From contig JAJYXV010000003.1 in assembly GCA_021801565.1 (NCBI GenBank), forward strand, positions 196,894 to 260,893: a DNA stretch of 64,000 bases, given 5' to 3'. This stretch comes from a bacterium (GTDB lineage Bacteria; Patescibacteriota; Minisyncoccia; UBA6257; GWB1-50-10). The notes below the pieces were generated by a model that worked only from the letters and a program-made list of their open reading frames with translations, had not been told where the DNA came from and made no database searches. The translations under genes and the position numbers were made by a program. Shown in pieces: positions 58,212 through 64,000 of this stretch. Within the stretch, counting starts at the first letter, position 1, and every line of letters begins with the position of its first letter.

Positions 58212-59732
58212 TTATCCTATCAAACTAATAACCTTCTCAAACACGTTATCACGCATCACCTGTATATCTTTTGCTAAGATTCTGTCATTTTCAATATGTT
58301 TTACGTATTTTCGTATTATTGCGTGTGTCTTTTTTGTTCCCCTTCCGAGTTTTTTTACATCCCTGAAATCAATTGCCTGTGCTGCATTCATATATTCAAT
58401 TGCTAAAACATTTTCTGTATTTTCGATAATTTTCCATGCTTTTCGTGCGGCGATCGTTCCCATACTCACATGATCTTCCTGATTGACTGATGTCGGAATT
58501 GAATCAACCGATGCGGGATGTGCAAGTACTTTATTTTCGGAAACGAGAGATGCAGCAACGTATTGTGGAATCATAAGACCGTTATGCAGTCCCCCTTTCT
58601 TCTCATCAATAAGAAAAATAGGAAGTCCCGCGTTCATTGATGGATCAATAAGTTTTGCGGTTCTTCGTTCTGAAATATCAGCGAGTTCGGCAAGTGCAAT
58701 ACCAAGTGTATCCATTGCAATCGCAATCGGTTCACCATGGAAATTTCCTCCTGAGACTGCATGATCGGGATTTGTAAAAATAAGCGGATTGTCCGTCACG
58801 GAATTTAACTCACATTCAACTACTGAATGCACATATGTCACCGCATCACGAATTGCTCCATGCACTTGAGGTGAACACCGGAGAGAATAAGAATCCTGAA
58901 CTCTCCCCTTCATCGAGTTTACTAATTTTGATCCAGAAATATATTTCTTTACATTTTTTGCCACAATCGCTTGCCCTGGATGTGGACGAACTGCTTGTAC
59001 GTGTGAATCAAACGCATTCGTCACTCCGCACACCGCCTCAAGTGTGAGCGCGGTTCCCATGTCAGCAATTTCAATAAGTTGTTCTGCCTTGTGTAATGTA
59101 AGTGCTGCAATTCCGGTCATCACTGAGGTTCCATTATTGAATGCGAGTCCTTCTTTTTCCAAAAATCCCGGAGGAGTTAATCTCGCCTTTTTGAGCGCTA
59201 CCGTTGTTTTCATTTTTCTTCCCTTATACCACACCTCTCCTTCGCCCATCATCACAAGACCGATATGTGAAAGCGGCGCAAGATCACCTGACGACCCGAC
59301 TGATCCTTGAGACGGTACAAGTGGAATAATATCTTTTGAAATAAGAGCTGCAAGAAATTCCAAAAACTCAAATCGCACACCTGAATACCCTTGTGTTAAT
59401 GAATTTAAGCGAACAAGCATTGCCGCGCGTACCATTTCTTTTGAAAGTAATTCACCGACACCCGATGAATGACTTCGTATAAGATTCCGCTGTAATTCTT
59501 TCACATGATCTTTTTCAATGAATTTATCTTTAAAACTTCCAAATCCCGTGGTCACTCCATAGACCACTTTTCTTTTTTCAACGATGCGTTCAACTACTTT
59601 CCGCGATGCAATTATTTTCTTTTTTGCATGGGGAGAAAGAACAACCTTAATTCCCGGACGATGTGCAACCTCCCAGACGACGTCCGGGGTGAGATGATGA
59701 TCCGGACCCACCTCAACAATTGATGTGTTCAT
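58212..59732 (-). CDS. hutH: Histidine ammonia-lyase (SSG MIO variant)
   Basis: VYGVTTGFG, LIRSH, GSVGSSGDLAPL, QDSYSLRC.PQV.G, SGGNFHG, NQEDHVSM. Confidence 0.9.
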   Translation of the reverse strand: MNTSIVEVGPDHHLTPDVVWEVAHRPGIKVVLSPHAKKKIIASRKVVERIVEKRKVVYGVTTGFGSFKDKFIEKDHVKELQRNLIRSHSSGVGELLSKEMVRAAMLVRLNSLTQGYSGVRFEFLEFLAALISKDIIPLVPSQGSVGSSGDLAPLSHIGLVMMGEGEVWYKGRKMKTTVALKKARLTPPGFLEKEGLAFNNGTSVMTGIAALTLHKAEQLIEIADMGTALTLEAVCGVTNAFDSHVQAVRPHPGQAIVAKNVKKYISGSKLVNSMKGRVQDSYSLRCSPQVHGAIRDAVTYVHSVVECELNSVTDNPLIFTNPDHAVSGGNFHGEPIAIAMDTLGIALAELADISERRTAKLIDPSMNAGLPIFLIDEKKGGLHNGLMIPQYVAASLVSENKVLAHPASVDSIPTSVNQEDHVSMGTIAARKAWKIIENTENVLAIEYMNAAQAIDFRDVKKLGRGTKKTHAIIRKYVKHIENDRILAKDIQVMRDNVFEKVISLIG

Positions 59733-59802
59733 AGATTTATTCTACCCCGTTAAAAATAGAATTCCAGTATTTTACTATTTAAAAAATAAGGATAAATAAA
59801 AG

Positions 59803-59833
59803 AAAAATCCCCTGATGTATATCGGGGGATTTT
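59803..59833 (-). terminator. Terminator after NfeD-flotillin operon
   Basis: AAAAATCCCCTGAT-loop-ATCGGGGGATTTT. Confidence 0.75.
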
Positions 59834-59840
59834 ATGTTTT

Positions 59841-60344
59841 TTACATTTTTACTTCTTCAAATTCGATTTTTGTATGCTCGGTATTTGCAAACTTTGCATA
59901 GAAAAGTCTCAATTCTTTTTTGAGATTTGCTGCTTTTACAATAGCGCCTGCTACCTTCTGCAAATCGAACTTCTGTCGTGTCACTATATCAGAGAAGTTT
60001 TTGAGGAAAGATCTTCCAAGAGCGGACTTCATTGCCTCATATTTTTTACAATCTTCATGATTAATCAAGATAATTGTCTTAATTGTTTCATGACGATCGA
60101 GAAATAATGTGAGAATGTCATTTACCACCTTGAATTCTTTTGGGAAACTTGATGGTTCGGTAAGAGAAGCTATGGCACCTGAAATAGCGATTGGTACATA
60201 TTCTCCTGTCGAAAGATTGAGTTCGTTCTTCAGAAATTCTTGAAAAGCTTTTTGAAACCTTGGATCAGCGCAGTGTATAACAATTGCCTTTGGATGACCC
60301 GAAAGCACATCATATAACTTCTGCATCTCTTTTTCTCCGTTCAT
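59841..60344 (-). CDS. Beta-carbonic-anhydrase-like protein
   Basis: HCADPRF (CxDxR) and NHEDC (HxxC) zinc motifs. Confidence 0.7.
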   Translation of the reverse strand: MNGEKEMQKLYDVLSGHPKAIVIHCADPRFQKAFQEFLKNELNLSTGEYVPIAISGAIASLTEPSSFPKEFKVVNDILTLFLDRHETIKTIILINHEDCKKYEAMKSALGRSFLKNFSDIVTRQKFDLQKVAGAIVKAANLKKELRLFYAKFANTEHTKIEFEEVKM

Positions 60345-60356
60345 GAGTTACCTCAC

Positions 60357-62066
60357 TTAAGAAGATTTTTCGGTGTTGTCGTCTTTTTTGTCGCCAACCA
60401 TACCGATAAGTTCGCCGATGTTTACTCCGAATTTACTTGCAAGATCTTCAATATCAATACCCATTGTCTTCAAGTTTTTGATAACATTAAAAACGGTTTC
60501 AGGAACGACGTTTCCAAGTTTGTTTAAACCATTTCCATTTCCACCCATATCAACGATCTTTATCTGATCGATTGAACCGAATGGTAGTGCAACTGATTTA
60601 AATACTGCCTCAGCAATTTTACTTCCTGCGTCACCGAATTTATCAACGAGACCCGGCAAACGATCAAGAACAAGAATAAATCTTGCTTTGTCGTCCATTT
60701 CCTTCAATGAAGTTGCCATTGCACTTGTACCAGCGGCTTCAGCAAGAAGATACTTCTCTTTTCCGCTCGCTTCAGCAAGAAGATTCTTTTCCTTACCAAG
60801 AGCTTCAGCAAGAAGATTCTTTTCCTTACCAAGAGCTTCAGCAAGAAGATTTCTTTCTTTACCTTCAGCATTAGCAAAAGCAATTGCTTTTGTTTTTGAG
60901 CTTTCGCCTTCGCCTTCCAATACTTGCGCCTGTTTTTTCGCAGTTGCTTCTTTTGTAATTTTTATTGCAGCTGCATCTCCATCAATTTCAGCTTTCTGTT
61001 TACCAACATTTGCCTCAATGAGTGTTTTTTCTCTTGCGGCTTCTGCTGGTTTAATGACTGTTGCAATAAGTTCTTTTTCCTTTCTGAGAGATTCTTTTTC
61101 CTGAACGGCAATCTGAGCTTCTTTTTCAGCACCATCACGTTCAGCTTGTTTTACCTTGAGAACTTTATCTTGTTCGGCAAGTTGAATATCCATCGCTTTT
61201 TCGGCCTTTGCTTTTGCCGTATCAGTAATCACCTTCATGTCCGCAATTTTTACATCGCGATCTTTTTCGGCATCAGCAACTTTTACCGCATTTGTGGCTT
61301 TTACTACATCCGCTTCCCTGACAGCATTTGAAACACTTATTTCAGTGTCTCTTTTTGCCTCAGCAACCTTGATGTCTCTTTCTTTTGCCGCTTCTGCAAC
61401 AGTAATATCGGCATCACGTTTTACAAACGCTACTGCCTTTTTGCCCATCGCATCGATATATCCTTCCTTGTCATCAATTTCCTGTATAACAAGAGTCATG
61501 AGTTGAACCCCAAGATTCTTTAACTCATTACCGGATTCATCAATCACTGTTTGATTGAATTTATCTCGCTCTCGGAGCAGTGAATCGATGTCAAGTTTAC
61601 CGACAATCGAACGCAAGTGGCCTTTCAGAATATTCTGAACAAAAAGATTCCGTTCTTCCTCGTTTTTTCCGAGAAAGTTCTGGGCCGCATTAATCAGATC
61701 TTCTTCATTTGTACTAATTTTACACGTCGCCACACCCTTCACATTGATTTTTACCGTATCTTTATTTGGGATGCTTGTTTCATCAATATCAACCTGAAAT
61801 GCCGTGGTCGACATCTCCTGCACACTTTCAACAAATGGCATAAGAATTCGTCCGCCACCATTTAAGACCTTGAACCCGAGAGTTACGGATTTCCCTTCTT
61901 TATCATGGTGTACATATTTACGACCGAAAAAGATAAGTGCCTTATCGGGCGCACATTTTTTATAGCGGCTACCGATGAATTTTATTGCGAGAATAAATAC
62001 AATTGCCACAAGCAAAATCATTCCCGGAATAAACAAATGCTGAAAGAAATTTGATGCTGATTCCAT
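60357..62066 (-). CDS. Flotillin-like SPFH protein
   Basis: N-terminal TM, SPFH domain (LKGHLRSIVG, GYIDAMG), AEA-rich coiled coil. Confidence 0.9.
   Translation of the reverse strand: MESASNFFQHLFIPGMILLVAIVFILAIKFIGSRYKKCAPDKALIFFGRKYVHHDKEGKSVTLGFKVLNGGGRILMPFVESVQEMSTTAFQVDIDETSIPNKDTVKINVKGVATCKISTNEEDLINAAQNFLGKNEEERNLFVQNILKGHLRSIVGKLDIDSLLRERDKFNQTVIDESGNELKNLGVQLMTLVIQEIDDKEGYIDAMGKKAVAFVKRDADITVAEAAKERDIKVAEAKRDTEISVSNAVREADVVKATNAVKVADAEKDRDVKIADMKVITDTAKAKAEKAMDIQLAEQDKVLKVKQAERDGAEKEAQIAVQEKESLRKEKELIATVIKPAEAAREKTLIEANVGKQKAEIDGDAAAIKITKEATAKKQAQVLEGEGESSKTKAIAFANAEGKERNLLAEALGKEKNLLAEALGKEKNLLAEASGKEKYLLAEAAGTSAMATSLKEMDDKARFILVLDRLPGLVDKFGDAGSKIAEAVFKSVALPFGSIDQIKIVDMGGNGNGLNKLGNVVPETVFNVIKNLKTMGIDIEDLASKFGVNIGELIGMVGDKKDDNTEKSS
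60736..60867. repeat. 33-bp tandem repeat (about 4 units) inside flotillin
   Basis: GCTTCAGCAAGAAGA at 60736, 60769, 60802, 60835; encodes GKEKNLLAEA(L). Confidence 0.9.
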
Positions 62067-62131
62067 GTGGAACCTCCTTAAGTTAAATGAAAGAAATAAT
62101 TACCTTTTTACCTTTCCTATGTGATACAAAA

Positions 62132-62683
62132 TCATTTTTGTTCAACATATAATTTACCACCCACCACATCTACCACGATAATGGACGATCCTTTTTGAAT
62201 TAGGTTTCCATTTTTTGAATATGCGAAGTATGTTTGTGACTGTCCCTTTACAAGAATTGATACTTCGCCCATTCCCTTTTCTGAGATGGTTGTGGTAACT
62301 ACTCCATTTTGTCCAATACAGGTATTTGGGTTGAGAATTGACGTCGATTGCTGAGAATACAGTATGCGCATAACGCCATACATAAGCCCAGCAGCCAGAA
62401 CACCAACACCAACGCCGATAACCGAGGCAAGTTCATATGATGCATCGAGGTGACGCGCAATAGCGCCTGCTGCACCGAATGCAGTAACAAACGAGCTTAA
62501 CACCTTCATTGAAAAAATACTGATAGTTGGCTCATCACTTATTTCGCCGTGATCGGCATCATGATCAAGATGAACATCATGATCATGATCAAATGCGCCT
62601 TCATGTTCATCCCCCCCACCAAAAATGTGAGAGCCGATGAGAAAAAGTGTACCTGTAATCGCGATTGAAACAAACACTAACAT
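62132..62683 (-). CDS. NfeD-like flotillin partner with His/Asp-rich loop
   Basis: TM, DHDHDVHLDHDADH, FGAAG, C-terminal OB-fold; AAGGAGGA SD before ATG 62683. Confidence 0.85.
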   Translation of the reverse strand: MLVFVSIAITGTLFLIGSHIFGGGDEHEGAFDHDHDVHLDHDADHGEISDEPTISIFSMKVLSSFVTAFGAAGAIARHLDASYELASVIGVGVGVLAAGLMYGVMRILYSQQSTSILNPNTCIGQNGVVTTTISEKGMGEVSILVKGQSQTYFAYSKNGNLIQKGSSIIVVDVVGGKLYVEQK

Positions 62684-62868
62684 TTCTTCCTCCTTCTTTG
62701 ATTTGTGAATTCTGTATATAGATTTGTCAATTTGTATTGCTGGCAGTATTCTAACATTTATAATATAAATGTCAATATCTAGTAGATTTGACAAATAGAT
62801 GTAAAATATTTATTATATCTCAAGCACTATTAAATAAATATTTCTAATAAAAGGAATGGAGGTATCAC

Positions 62869-64000
62869 ATGGAATCAGGAATTTTAGTTGCTTTTATCAT
62901 TGTTTTTTTAGCTGGTCTCGGCATTGGATTTATTTGGGGAAAAAAGAGAAAAAAAGAAGAAGGAGAAGATAATCTTCGTTTTCAACAATCGCCATCACAA
63001 TTTGTATCTCCCCCACCACGAAGAAAAAGTCCTATTGAGGAATTTGGTGATAGACTGAATGAATTACTGAGAACAAGTGATCCAAAAACTGCATTTTTTT
63101 CTGCATTCAATGAAGTGAGTAATAAGTTTTCTGATGGGGATAGATTGAGCTTTGCAGAGGCATTAGAAGAAGCGGCAAAAAACAGTAAATATAATCCGTC
63201 AGATCTTGTGATAATAATGGCGGAAGAGAACTACTCACTTGGGAAAATTGCAAACTTTTTGAACGACAACACAAATCTTGAGGTGAAAGAATTTACCGAA
63301 GCACTTGTTCCATTTGCAAAAGGAGACATTCCGAAACTCAAGGCAGCAGAGCTACTAAGTGCTGTAAATAATATTTTTGACCTTGATAATGAGGGAGATA
63401 ATCTTATTCCTTCGCTTCTTGCGTTAGGATGTCCACAGGAAGAAGTAGCTGAATTGCTCTACGAGAACACATCAATGGATCTTCTGGATGTGATAAAAGC
63501 AATGAAGTGGGAAAATTCTCCTTTGGATATTATTGCGCTCGCGAAGAAATTGAAAACTGATCTCACGGATAGCGATGAGTATCAATCACTTCGCGACACC
63601 GAAGGTATCGATTTTAAAACCGCTGCAAAAGTTCTCAAAGAGTGTGGAAAGACGGCATTAGAAATTCTGGATACCGAAGAGGAATATGACAACATCCCCG
63701 ATGATGACGTAAAGGAAATGAAAAACGTTATTGAAGTCCTCTCTGAAGTTGGATTTTCAAGAAGTGAAATTCTTGATGCGATATGGGAATCCAATTTTAT
63801 GCAAAATAAAAATGGCGGAGAAATTGTTGATTTACTTTGTGACGCGAACGTTCCCATGAATGAAATTAATGAGTTGCTTGTCGCAAAAGAGTATGATCCA
63901 GACGATCTTGACGAGGAATTGCGTGATAATACAAATATAGAGCTAAAGACTCGTACGGAAATTGTATACACGTTTTTAAACACAAATAAGAAAGAGTCGA
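62869..64000 (+). CDS. Membrane-anchored acidic helical hypothetical protein, truncated by window end (absent from ORF track)
   Basis: GGAGG SD, MESGILVAFIIVFLAGLGIGFIWGKKRKK..., frame open for about 377 codons to the edge. Confidence 0.75.
   Translation, partial: MESGILVAFIIVFLAGLGIGFIWGKKRKKEEGEDNLRFQQSPSQFVSPPPRRKSPIEEFGDRLNELLRTSDPKTAFFSAFNEVSNKFSDGDRLSFAEALEEAAKNSKYNPSDLVIIMAEENYSLGKIANFLNDNTNLEVKEFTEALVPFAKGDIPKLKAAELLSAVNNIFDLDNEGDNLIPSLLALGCPQEEVAELLYENTSMDLLDVIKAMKWENSPLDIIALAKKLKTDLTDSDEYQSLRDTEGIDFKTAAKVLKECGKTALEILDTEEEYDNIPDDDVKEMKNVIEVLSEVGFSRSEILDAIWESNFMQNKNGGEIVDLLCDANVPMNEINELLVAKEYDPDDLDEELRDNTNIELKTRTEIVYTFLNTNKKES

Noticed and set aside
63582-63983. 133-aa minus-strand ORF and the many other antisense ORFs in the track
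   Set aside because: Shadow frames of well-supported genes on the opposite strand or in another frame

Overview
Low-GC bacterial chromosome segment (code 11) whose gene content points to a Patescibacteria/CPR (Parcubacteria-like) genome (inference from short AlaRS, DUF5671, the FtsA-like/baseplate-J-like pair and near absence of biosynthetic pathways). It holds cell-wall genes (ftsW, murG, murC, murE, FemABX-like, M23), information-processing genes (gltX, alaS, hisS, tgt, rpoD, dnaG, rpmA, rplI, groES/EL, rel, parA/B, nth, rsmE, hpf, thyX), a MacAB-type ABC exporter, lemA-DUF2207-htpX, an NfeD-flotillin operon and five tRNAs. No CRISPR array, integrase, transposase or prophage is visible. Most unusual features: (1) a histidine-centred locus (SSG-type histidine ammonia-lyase, CntK-like histidine racemase, GNAT, VanX-like D,D-dipeptidase, M14/AstE deacylase, HisRS, tRNA-His) lacking staphylopine and hut partner genes; (2) a tRNA cluster containing a GCA-anticodon tRNA with a Gly-like body and a distorted tRNA-like RNA with a Cys-like acceptor stem; (3) small inverted-repeat elements whose ends are fused to the TTGAC -35 boxes of housekeeping promoters; (4) a ~265-nt structured non-coding RNA candidate between parA and parB and a structured rpmA leader; (5) paired dif-like palindromes; (6) apparently leaderless core genes versus Shine-Dalgarno-led accessory genes. 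All calls come from manual reading of motifs; no database searches were run.
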